Source: Takakia lepidozioides
Taxonomy: Eukaryota; Plantae; Bryophyta
Length of the DNA stretch: 64,000 bases
NCBI GenBank assembly: GCA_030704615.1
Contig: CM060734.1
Coordinates: forward strand, 51,336,001 to 51,400,000
Direction of reading: 5' to 3'
Within the stretch, counting starts at the first letter, position 1, and the number at the start of each line of letters is the position of its first letter. The notes below the pieces were generated by a model, which did not search any database, had not been told where the DNA came from, and saw only the letters and a list, made by a program, of their open reading frames with translations. This document shows, one piece after another, positions 1-11,384 of the stretch. The position numbers and the translations under genes are program-made.

Positions 1-3000
1 ATTTCCGGATGGGAGAGAAGCAAGGCTTCCAACTCTGCTGGAGCCACCTGCACCCATGCTCCCCATACAACTCAAGCTACAAGGGATGGAGAGAGAGTTA
101 CGACGGGTAAGTTTTTGAGCAGTAGGATGGTGTGGTTTGAATCTTGACAAGTCGCCTAGCCTGATAGTCCCTGGCCTTGGCAAAATTACAAATTAATCTC
201 AGGCCCAGGACATAGGTTGGGAATGCGAACTGTGGCTTTACCAACTGGAGCCCAGGATTCCTTGGCAAAATTTCATATGCTGGTGCATCCTCCAATTTCT
301 CATGGCATGAGGGAGAACAAGAGGGTAGGGAACTCAATCTGGGTATATTGCATCCAAAGGGTATGGAACATGCCCAGAGGTATCCATTTGCAGGATTAAT
401 GCAGAATTCATTGAAAACCTAGCACTGACATCATACATGAGAGCGTAAAGCTCATTACCAGCACTAGGGGAGAGAAGATGTATTACTAAGACTTTGTTTG
501 CCATAACCCTCAGGCCATAGAGTCTGCACCCATTTTGGATGGTAGAAGAATAATTTACTACATCCACTGGAGCCCAGGCGAAGAAAGAGGAAAAGATGAA
601 GAGAGACTAAAGAGGAGAGAAGGGGAAGATATAAATTATGTAGTCTCTCTTGAGCAGATATCCTAGTCGGTACTGGTTCAATTTGCTGGTTCTTGAATGA
701 TGGACAGAAAAGCAAAAGCTTTCAACCCCACATCAGCAACCACTCTGTTTGAAAGGAGCACTGATGAAAAAATTGACCTGAAACGCTTTGTACTTGATGA
801 GCTCCTTCAGGCGATCCACAACAAAGAGATAGCCATCCTCATCAAAATAGACCAAGTCACCGGTATGAAGCCACCCATCCTTATCAAGCGTCTCCACTGT
901 TTCCTTTGGATTGTTGAGATACTCTGCACCATGCATAAAGGCCTTAGCGGAATGATTCAGGAGAAAATCGTACTGAGTTACAAAAGTGTCCCGAGTTACA
1001 AGATTTGACAAACCAAAGCAACTTGCCAAAATGTAGTTCTATCAATCCTGTCACCATTCCTCCAGTAACTATTATATGCACACTGAAACATTCATACATA
1101 CAATTTTGGGCCTAAAGTATCAAATCAGAAAATCTGTAGCCAATGCAAAACCTTGCCTGCAGCTACCATCACCCGTAGATTGTAGCTCCCTGTGGCAATG
1201 ACCCTGGGACATTTTCTGCTGGTTCTGTGCATTGCTGACCAACTTAATGGATAGTGACAAAACCAATGTGAACAAGCTGGTATTTCCTTTTCAGTGTAAC
1301 CAGCACATCAACCACTCAAGCAAAATGAAGTGGTGGTAACCCCAATCCTTCCAAATATTCAATCTATCACAGAGGCCAACTCACTCAAAAATGCAAGACT
1401 ATGAAGTGCAACACCTTTCATGACCATGGGTCCTCGTATCCAGAGCTCTCCCTGTTTGTTAGGAGGCAACCACTTCCCTGTAGAGGGGTCAACCACCATT
1501 GCCTCCGCATTTGGTATGAGTATGCCAGCCGACCCAAAACGATGGTTGCCGTCTTCCACGGGGGTTGGTGTAACGCTACCCACACCAGTTAACTCTGTCA
1601 TGCCATATCCCTGACACACATCACCAGATTTCCCCATCCTACCCAGCTCAGTTGAACAGCAAAATATGGCCATGCATATTCAGTCCCCTGCCCTGAGCCG
1701 TCAAGTGTAATATGATGCCAAATGCATTTGCGCTTGCAATCAGTCAAACGCTTGTCAACAGATTCAAGCTCCAGGCTCATCCAGCTGACTATTCCAAAGT
1801 TATAACTACTGACACAGACACTGATAGACAGCATCCTGCAGAATGGTAACAGCACAGGGGGTAAGAGAATATACACATAAGGCGTTTGCCGTAGCCTTGT
1901 GGCCATAGGCCCCATGCACATTGGGCCGAACGGGGGGGGGGGTAAGAGGATGTACACATGAACTTTGTTTCCTGTAGCCTTGTGGCCATAGACCCCATGC
2001 CCAGTTTGGAAGGAAACATAGAGAATAGGGGGAGTGAGAGAGGGAGAGAGAGAGAATGTACTCATAAGACGTTGTTTGCTGTAGCCTTGTGGCCATTGAC
2101 CTCGTGCTCAGTTTGAGCGGAACACAAAGGGACAGAACCTACCTTTGTCAGGGGCTGACGCCGGTAGTAAGACCTACCTTGGAATAAACAATTGATCTGG
2201 GTTTTCCAGATATCCTCTAGAAATTCCTTTACACAAGCATCAACCTGTGGTTTGCCCAATAACTAGGCCCCAGAAGGGCCTGGGCTTCTGGCTCAGCCTC
2301 GGGACTTTCAAAGTTTGATAAACAGAGGTACAGGCACAATCCCCTTGATAGATTTGAAGAGAGCGTCTCTCTGGTGAGAGAACCCCAGACAATGAATCAG
2401 AAAATGAATATTGTCTCAGGTTGCCCACATAACGGGCCATTGCACTCTCCCTTTCCTCTCTACTTCTGTTTGCTGTTCAAAGGTAGGGTTCCCACCCCGA
2501 GTTTAAATTTCAATCTAGTGCCAAGAGTGGGTAGACCCTTGAGGTCATCCATGATGTCCTACCCCATGTCACAGACTGGAAGCAAGTTCAGGGAAGTTTT
2601 CCATCAGACAATTTCCTGGCAACAGACATGGCTTTGGACACTACAGCATCTAAGTCAGATTTATCCAGCAGGGTCAAGACTTGCGGGCTAAGGAGAGTGA
2701 GAAGACCCTTCTGTCCCACACATACATATATGAAGACAGAGGAATGCACCTGCCTCAGTATGCAATTTGGAAAGCGTTGAGCACATGTGTCCATGATCTC
2801 CTTGCCCTGAGGTGCCGCCCCACTCCCAATCTGTTTGAGGGAGCTCAAGTCGTACTTCAGCACCATGTCGTGCTTGGTCAGTGCAATAACCACTGGAGGC
2901 ACCAGTGGGACATGCGTGACACGATACTTTTCAATTGTAGACAACAGTTCCACGAGGTCAAACCTTGGCATAACTACTGTGGCTATTCCCCGTGCAAGCT

Positions 3001-4502
3001 GACTTATGCAAACTGCCAGCCCATAGACATGAAACATGGGTACCACAAGCAACAAGATATCGTCTGGACCCCTGATTTCCTCAAGGGCATAGTTGCGCAT
3101 GGACGAAGCAGCAATAAAGTTGCTGTGGGTAAGAACCACGCCTTTACTCATCCCTGTGGTGCCTGATGAATAGAGCAGTGCTGCTGTGTCTTTTTGCTGA
3201 TTTCGCACCCTGCCAGGAAAGTTGGAGGTGTCAGTAACCACTTGGATCTCCAAGTCCTCAAAGCTGGCTGGCCAATATGGAGAGAAAACATGAACCCCGC
3301 CTTGCATGGGCATATTCACAAGCAGTCAGTAAGGGAAATAGCCAACATTCTCTGTGCGGATCTAGAGCTTCATATCAGACAATACTACGTAGACATCCAA
3401 TTGGCCTGAGCTCCAGTTGCATCATGAGTATTACTGTGAAAACAATATGGAATTTGCTTGACCATTCGCCAGAGTTACACAGCCATTAGATCGTGAAGTG
3501 TGGTGAGAACGGCTCTTACCTTGGAGCCTTGCTAGGGTCTGCCAGAAGCAGTTCAGAGTACGGAATGATAGACTTGGAGCCCAGGTCAGACATGATTTTT
3601 TGATCTCCGATCACAACCATTGGCAAGTTCACACCCATGAACTTCTGGGCCAGCTCAGGCACTGTAATTATGAACTTGGTCCCTGTATGGCAATCAATTA
3701 TACTTTGGAATTCTTGAACAAGCAGCTGCACACACAAGTGGACTCACCCATTGTTCCCCGCTGTGACGCATATTTGACACCAATTCTCAATCGGAAATTG
3801 TCATCGCCCGTTCAGTTACAAGAAATGCATGGGGAGAAACTCGATGCCTTTGACAGACAATCTACGAACGAACCCAAGATCATTGTGCTGACATGCCATG
3901 TTCATTTCTTCAATTAAGACACCGTCCCATGTCTACACTTCGAGGCTACTTTCCACTTGATGCAGGTATGACTTGACGACGGTGGTACGTCGACGTGACG
4001 TTCACGGACCATACGTTCAGGTATGACTTACGTGTGCTTTCAAACTCACAGTTCACATAGACTGCACCTTTGGAGTTTCAAGGTGAGAGAGACTCATACC
4101 TGAATCCTTCATTTGCTTCTTGATCTCTGCTGGAGTGTTTAAAGGATTGACCGTGGTCATAATACCACCTAACCAGACAACAGCCAAGAAAATCACTGGA
4201 AAATCTATCGAATTCGGGGAAAGAAGCATAACAACGTCATTTTTCCTGATGTCAAATGTTTTCCAGAGACCCGCAGCCACCACCCTGACATGGTGTTCCA
4301 CCTGTCCGTAAGTGAGGGTTCTCCCAGAGGAAGAGTCGATGAGGGCAACACTATCACCGAACTGGGGGGCGAATAGGAAGGTTATGAGGTCCAGGTTGGG
4401 GTCATGCGGGATGAAGACAGGGACCCGCCTACTGTAGTAAATTCCGTCGCTGCTGCTGTACCCAGACCGTGGATCCACTCCTTCTAAGAACGCAGGTGCC
4501 AT
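1..4502 (-). CDS. 4-coumarate:CoA ligase-like acyl-activating enzyme (4CL-like), multi-exon, 3' end outside the window
   Basis: Exons with phase-consistent GT-AG junctions: 4502-4100, 3682-3520, 3209-2750, 1610-1415, 923-778, 47-1. Contains the AMP-binding motif [14 protein letters not shown] plus [36 protein letters not shown] and [16 protein letters not shown]. The N-terminus [17 protein letters not shown] is typical of plant 4CL-like proteins. Confidence 0.93.
95..520 (-). mobile_element. Degraded 3' fragment of non-LTR retrotransposon family 2, in a 4CL-like intron
   Basis: 481-520 reads (minus) ctatggcctgagggttatggcaaacaaagtcttagtaataca, a diverged copy of the family 3' terminus atggccacaaggctacggcaaacaa(cg)tcttatgagtaca. 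The extent of the element is uncertain. Confidence 0.4.
1872..2620 (-). mobile_element. 5'-truncated non-LTR retrotransposon (family 2) followed by two further copies of its 3' terminus, in 4CL-like intron 3
   Basis: Three copies of the atggccacaaggctac(g/a)g(c/g)aaac terminus at ~2058-2120, ~1950-2030 and ~1872-1930, separated by C/CT-rich tracts. The body (2130-2620) is visibly similar to 16498-16840 and 22240-22630. Confidence 0.7.
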
Positions 4503-5658
4503 AGCAGCAAAGTTTGAGACTCCAGGAGCAAGTCTATTATTACTATCTTTCCATTCACTTCATTTCCTGAGCGTCCAATGTAGGTGGAATCCCATCCAGC
4601 AAACTCAATCTCATAACTATACTCGGTCTTTGAACGCTCCACAACAAATTCTTCACTCAAATTCTCCTTCACCTACGTATGAATACCCCCCCCCACCCCA
4701 TCTCTTATCGGATTTTAGTGAAAACGTTGAGGCACAGAGATGTTATGAGTAAGCACTCCGAGGCCCCCGTTTTCCTAATACTGTACCTTGCTTTGTGTAT
4801 GTCAGTCAGAATCTGTGTCTCCCTCCCTTCCTTCACTGCGCACATTGAGGGGCTTTACTACTCCAATTCGTCGGCAGAAAGTGCAGGCATCTGCTGCTGG
4901 CCCACAGTGTGACGCAGTACCACTGTACCAGTGCCACTCGCGAGCTCCAAGACTGAAATGGTGGGGTCACTGCCGAGACCCCTTTCACACTTTGACTGAT
5001 GGACTCTTGACATTATTCTCCAACCCACCCTGAGACAAGAGTTTGAGGATCTCAGTTGCATGGCATTTCTTTTTTTAGTTTTTCTTTAGTGTCTTTTTTT
5101 GAAAGGGAAGCAAAGCTCACAAATCAGGCCCCTTAGGATTTGACCCCAGAATCATTTGGGTGGCACTCAGTGCAGTGAGCTACTGACTGTTGCTTATTTT
5201 ATTTTGGATTTTTTCCATTTTATTAGAGACCAGGAGCCCTGTAAAACTTTATTGAAAAGGTAAGCAAAAAATAAGCTTACAAATGCCATGAAGGCTGAGT
5301 AATGAGGCCGAGCCAGCAGATCAGAAGAAGAAGAAGAAAGGAGGCAATAAGGAGAAAAGGATGTAACCGTATCCAAGCTTATTCTATCATAAGCTTAAGC
5401 TACAACATGTGCCAATCCTATTCGACAGAGGGGAAGGAGAATGGAAGGAGTGCATAGCTCTAATATGCTAAAAGCAGCAGAAGCAATCTGGAATGAAGCT
5501 TATCCAATCATAAGCAACCAGAAACTACATACTACCCCTTTTGCGCTTGGGGGCCTCTTACTCACCGGGAAGCAGGAAATGGGGCGGATATTGTTGCTAT
5601 CGGCAGGTTGATTGAAAGGCGGTTGTAACAAAGGTTGTCGTAGGTTAGATGCTATGAA

Positions 5659-5825
5659 CTAGGTAGCGCCTTGCTTATGGGCTACTACCGGGCTGTAGCC
5701 GGTTCGGACTGTAGCGAGACGCTTTTGCGTCGAGCCGGCAGGTAGGACCCAGCTACAGCCCGGTCGTAGCCCATAAGCCATGTGGGCTACGCTAGGTAGC
5801 ACCTGGCTTATGGGCTACGACCCGA
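5659..5825. repeat. Inverted/direct repeat cluster (hairpin), candidate left subterminal structure of the YR element
   Basis: 5673-5705 gcttatgggctactaccgggctgtagccggttc pairs with 5746-5778 (revcomp gcttatgggctacgaccgggctgtagctgggtc). A third, direct copy lies at ~5792-5824. Confidence 0.75.
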
Positions 5826-7509
5826 TCACCCTACCGGTCATTCTTTGGCGGCACGGCCTAGGCGCCACTTTTGCTTGGACGACTTCGTCTCTCCCATGTT
5901 CTCGATCTCATAGCGTTGTTTTTGTGCTTTTGTATATGAGATTTGTTTTTGTTCATTATGGGATCCTGCAGGGCTCCGAGGAGCAAAGCCAGGAAGAGGT
6001 TGAAACCTGATTCTGGTATTGATACTGCTGGTCATGAATCTGTGTTGGAGTCTCAACCGTCATTTGATCTTGGTATTGATTTTCTTGACTGTCCAAAAAA
6101 GTGTATATTGTGTCTTGGAGAACCTACAGTTCCTGTTCTTTCAAGATGCATTGACACCCCTATGTTGCCATTACTTGTTGATTCAACAGAGGGAGGTGAT
6201 GATATTGTGTCTAATTTTCTGAATTCCACCTCATAAGATATTGCCATCACAATTGACGAGATACATATCGTTGCAATTTCTTCACTGCATGGTGGAACGG
6301 ATATTCAGACTACTGCTATGGATTCTCACTCGAGAGAAACAGATTCATTTGGTGAGGCACCTGTCATTTCAAAAATGATGGATGGTCTCAACACTGATCC
6401 ATCAGCAAATTCAGCGAAGGATAGATGGTCCTGCTGAATTTAATGTCATTGATAATACAGGAAGTCTTGTGGTTCGTGAGAGTCGTGAAATTGCACACAC
6501 TCTTCCAACTGTTGTGAATTGTTCAGGATTCATGAATTTTGATCAAGAATTGTTTGACAATTTCATGAACGATAGCACTATCGCTAGTATTAGGAACGAG
6601 AATTGGTGTCGAATGAGATTCAGTGAGTGGAGGAAGCTCATGCATTTGATGATTTTATTACTTTAGAGGATTTGCCGCTGAAGGAATTGGGATCATTTCT
6701 CAGCAAAAATTTTCTTATGGTGTGTAAGAAGATGGTAGCAGGTACCCGGCAGACAACATCATGAATTTGTATAGCTCCATCAATCGGATGCTAATTCGAA
6801 AGCATGATAGGAGGATCCTAGAAACTGGTATGTCGAAAATACGATTTAACATTCGCACTCATCCTTTTTTCATCAGTGTCAATAAGCCGTGACTGAGGCT
6901 ATGATACAATCTCGCAATGCTGGTGCGAATATAAATCGTAACAAAGTATACGGCATTTCTGCAGAACTTGGAACAGACAATTCTGTCGCACCCGCATCAT
7001 CAAATCACACATCCACATGGGCTGCAGAAACGCTTTGCATATTATTGTTTATCTGTGTTCTTTACTCGTTGTGGATCGGAATTGTATAAGCTTTTCGTGA
7101 CCGATTTCGAGCTTGGGAGTCAATGGTCAGACATATCTGAAGTAAATTCTCAACTTCAATTATCCTGTGAAGTGAAGTCAATATTATGTGTTAGTTCATT
7201 TTGTATCTATATATATCTTATTGTTATTTTATGTGTTGTAGGTATGACGAGAGGCTGTCCAAGACATACAAGGTAACCATGAAAAAATTCCAGCCGGAAG
7301 ACTTTAGACTAGCGGTCTATTCATTTGATATAGATGTCATATTGACTTTCAAGACTCTTATGATGCATATGCCTACTGAGTTACAGACTCCATCACACAT
7401 TTTCTTGTCCCTAATTTCAAATTCCAACTCTCCCATCTGGTTCAAGAAAGAAGTGAATGAGAAAGAATATCATTCGAAAGTGGTAGTGATGGGCAAGGTT
7501 ACTGGTATA

Positions 7510-8965
7510 TGTCAAGGACGAGAACATGACGGAACACAAACAAGAGATCAGACTAGAGATACAAGACTAGACAAGGAGACAAGGTCGGCGTGGCCGAATG
7601 CACGGTGGGTAAACATAAATCAAGATGATCTTTATAACAATGGACAAGAGTACAAGATACTGGGACTCGACTCAAATACTGGAATGCTTGAAATTGGACT
7701 GGCGTACCAGATACTGGAAACTGGACTAGAGTACTAAAAGCTGGACTGGAGTACTGGGACTGGGAACAAGAGTAGTTTGAACTTGTGTTGGCGAGACTGA
7801 AAAGTGTCCAGTCTCGCCTCCTATATACACTACAACAGATAGCGGTAATTATGACTGCCAAACCGTAGTAGTCATGGTCTTCATGACTTTGACCATGACT
7901 GCACCATGTTTTTATATGAAATTGACCTCCCGCAGTCGTTCATACGACTGTAGTCATATGAACGACTATTTAAATAGTCGTCTGTATGACTACATGGCTC
8001 CGGAATGGGCGGAAGCCTGGTCAACGACAATTGACCAGATTTAGCTCACCATTCATAGTCATTTCCATAACTACAGTGTACTGGATGAGGTTACATAGTC
8101 ATGATGACTACTGGGGATTTTTTAATTTGGTATGTATAATAAAATTAAAACACCATATGATCATATGAATGACTAATGGGTGTATTGATTAACAGGTAGT
8201 GAACTATAACTTTTATAGTAAAGAGGTTGCAGGTTCAAACTCCTCTAAGTACAATCAAATGGATAAGATGGCCCTAGGGTTAGTAGACGAGCTAGGAATA
8301 GCACGTGATACCCTAGATGGACTGCCACGTGGTTTTTTCATTATTATAAAATGCATTATGTCACGTGGCACAATGCGGTGCGACGCGGCGTTTAACATAT
8401 GTTTTTATTTTTTTATTTTTATTTAATTTAATTTAATTTTTTAAATCAATTGCGTCTCTCCACGTGGCGCGACAGCGGCAGCTGCAGTATGGTATATATG
8501 ACTGCAATGAGAGATATCACTTGGTTCATATGACTGTAGTCATCTGGACTGTACCATCCTGTACTCATTGTATTGATTTGGTTTGTACGACTTACAGTCA
8601 TAGAAGTCCGTTTATAACTGCAGAATAGTCATATATACAGTCATAAATACCGCAATCTGTTGTAGTGATATACTGACTACTATGAAGTTCCTGAAGAGGC
8701 TTCCCCAAAAGAGGTTTCTTGATGGAGAAACTTCCTTAAACAAATGAGGTATCTTGATGGAGAAGTTTCCTCCAAAGGAAGCTTCCTGAGCAGTTTTCCA
8801 AATTACTCTTGGTAATTTAGAAACCCCCGATAACTTGGTAAGTAATGGTAAATCATGGTAGATCATGATAAATCACGGTAAGTCATGGTAATTTTTGGTA
8901 ACACGATAACTTGGTAACTTCTGGTATTTACTCCTGGTAAGTTCCTCTGGGCTATGTCCGTGACA
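7510..8965. mobile_element. Solo LTR (about 610 bp without its nested insert) inserted in the YR gene
   Basis: Starts TGTCAAGGAC and ends GTCCGTGACA (9/10 terminal inverted repeat, TG...CA). 5-bp TSD GTATA at 7505-7509 and 8966-8970. Excision restores the YR reading frame. Confidence 0.85.
7828..8667. mobile_element. Non-autonomous CACTA (En/Spm) element nested in the solo LTR
   Basis: TIRs CACTACAACAGATAGCGGTAATTATGACTG and (revcomp) CACTACAACAGATTGCGGTATTTATGACTG. 3-bp TSD ATA (7825-7827, 8668-8670). Many subterminal (AT)GACT/AGTC repeats; no coding capacity. Confidence 0.88.
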
Positions 8966-10592
8966 GTATACAAGGTAATATTACGAACAAGTCTGTTCGA
9001 GTTACTGCAATTTCACGAATGAGGGTTGTCCAAGTTCCACATGAAGTGATGACGACTCTGATAGGGCATCGAAATGCCAACACACTTGCTCGTTACGACA
9101 AATTGAGTCTCGTGAAGCAGAAGCCGCAATCCATATAATCCAGTGACTGGGATGCCTTTAACTTTTGATTACAACTATAATAAGGAGCTAAAATCCTATC
9201 ATCAGCTTGCACATGTTACGAGATAGATTATAGCTATTGAAGGAGGTAGAGTGACTTCTTATACTCTGTTTCTGGAAACGAGGGAGTTTTATCTGACGTT
9301 ACAAACTCCACCCATGTTTCTTCCCACCTGCAGTCAATTTCTATTGAATCTTTGCAAAACCCAATTTCTTTATCTTCTGGATCTAAGATTCCCTTCATTC
9401 CTGCTCCTAAAGTCTATCATCCAGTGGTTCATATGGGAAGAAATTATGGAGGTTCAGTGCGTTATCCTCTAGTATCTACGAGCTTGTCAAGCTCCGGAAA
9501 ACATTCATGGATCTGGTGTTAATTCTAGAAATATTCACCATTCTGTTCCAGCATTTTCTGGTTTCTGATATGTATATATAGCAACTGATGCTCATCCTGA
9601 TACACCGGTTATTAACTCTCAAGGTAGTTTGACAGATCCAGGTGAATGTGACGATCGATTCTGGGAGGAGTTTGATTGGGAGAAATTTGATGTGGTTGCC
9701 GTTATTTCGGAGGTACTAGGTACCATACTATCTTCCAAAGATAACAAGTCTAATACGGAAGGATCAAAATCTGAATCCATTCCTCAGGCTACTGTTCTTC
9801 CAGAGCCATTAAATGATGTTCCTGTAGTTGATGTTGAAATTAAATCATCATCTAATGCAGCTACAACAGTTGATCTTGTTGTTTAGAAAATGGTCTCTCC
9901 TGCGGCTCTTACTATCAACGAGGTTCCTACTACCAACGAGGTTCATCCTACGGATATGGTATGGTAGCCTCTGACTTGCCTCGGTTGTGCCTATTGTTTC
10001 TGGACCAACAGCTTTCAGTTCTGGATTTGAAAAACATGGTGTTCATGTTTGGCATTCGTCATCAACTGTTTGTCCCGGAGTTGGTGGATTATGTAGCGCT
10101 TTCATGCAGGGCAATGTCATGTCAAATAACACATTCGATTTCACTTTTGTACTGGATCCCAGCATGTTACAATCCATTTTTGGATCTTCAACATAGTTTA
10201 GTGCGATGACGCTAATTGACGAGCAGTGCATTGAGGTTGCAGTGAGAGGAGCCGAATGTGAGCTCTATACGCTAGCATTAACCTTCTGTGTATATGAATT
10301 CATTCATGTACTTCTTATACAATGTATGCAATAAAGCAATAAATTGCATCTGACCACATTATGCAGTCAGCAGGTGGAAGCTATTGGTGGTATCTAGATG
10401 CTCACTGCATATTTTTAAGAAGCATGGAAAATTCTGGCCATGAATAGCTGGGCCAGCCGCCACTGAAATTAGAGAGTGGGTTGGGCTCGCAGTTGGCAAA
10501 AGTCTGGTTATCTTTTTTGGCAACTGTCGAAGATGCAGTTCTGGATGAAAGAAACAAAAAAAATACCATGAATCCATAACCGATTTTTAGAG

Positions 10593-11203
10593 TGACGTGG
10601 CGTGTTTCTACTGGATTTGAGGGGGGTGCTGTATGTGGTATTCTACAACCTACTAGATTTTAACTACCTACCTATCTGCTGCAGGATGAAAACTTCACAT
10701 CACATATCCAAATGGATAAAAAACGTGGTGGTAGGTACGTACAAGGGTAAACTGACTGGCTCGCTGCCCTAAAAACCGGTTATGCCCAGTAGCATTCGAG
10801 AGGAGCCCCTGCTACCGGATATAGCAGGGAGCCAGGACCTACCGTGCCGCGTTAATTTTCAACTACGAGCAGGCACGGTAAATCTGTCGCAGGCAGGTTG
10901 GAAAAATATGGTCAGTAGGTAGGAAAACTGGGAGGAGGTAGTTCTCTCCAGGATATAGCTTGTGGCCTATGGGAGAGTGACACGACGGCGAGATCCCTTT
11001 ACCGGATATAGCAGTGGCTCCTCTCGAGCGCTACCGGACATCACCGGTTTTTAGGGCAGCGAGCCAGTCAATCAATCCCTTACAGCAGCCAAGGAGCCAG
11101 TCATCCCCGCAGCAGGCAGGCAGGTAGGTAGTTAGAATCTAGTAGGTCGTAGAATACTACATATAGCACCCCTCCTCAAATCCAGTAGAAACACGCCACG
11201 TCA
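10593..11203. repeat. Long imperfect palindrome / foldback (~610 bp)
   Basis: 10593-10690 (tgacgtggcgtgtttctactggatttgagg...) pairs with 11101-11203, and ~10743-10815 (ctgactggctcgctgccctaaaaaccgg...) pairs with ~11010-11080. No clear TSD. Confidence 0.85.
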
Positions 11204-11384
11204 GCGAGTCTGCTCTGTTATGGCTGCTCGGCTGCCTGCTGGTTTGTTGTCACAGAAAAGTCCAACGTCACTTGACTCTTGAGACAAATGCACAAGGGAC
11301 GTTCTGTGGATTGAGAGTTCGTCCAACACACCTTGGGTAAAGCAGCAGTCTCTGCCATGCTCCGAGTCCGAGAACAATCTGGTG

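Larger units (their letters stand above)
5958..10196 (+). pseudogene. Tyrosine recombinase gene of a Crypton-like DNA transposon (DUF3504/phage-integrase-like), frameshifted and interrupted by a solo LTR
   Basis: Reconstructed across frameshifts: DLPLKELGSFLSKNFLMVCKK/DGSRYPADNIMNLYSSINRML (~6670-6795); HPHGLQKRFAYYCLSVFFTRCGSELYKL (R at 7067); GT-AG intron 7142-7241 giving GQTYLK|YDERLSK; FLSLISNSNSPIWFKK. Removing 7510-8970 joins KVTGI-QGNITNKSVRVTAISRM..EVMTTLIGHRNANTLARY in frame (R 8998, H 9067, Y 9094). A low-complexity tail ends FMQGNVMSNNTFDFTF...*. No RT/RNase H nearby. Confidence 0.8.

Noticed and set aside
7201-7737. 178-aa ORF as a standalone gene
   Set aside because: It is a chimera of intron, YR exon and read-through into the solo LTR after 7509.
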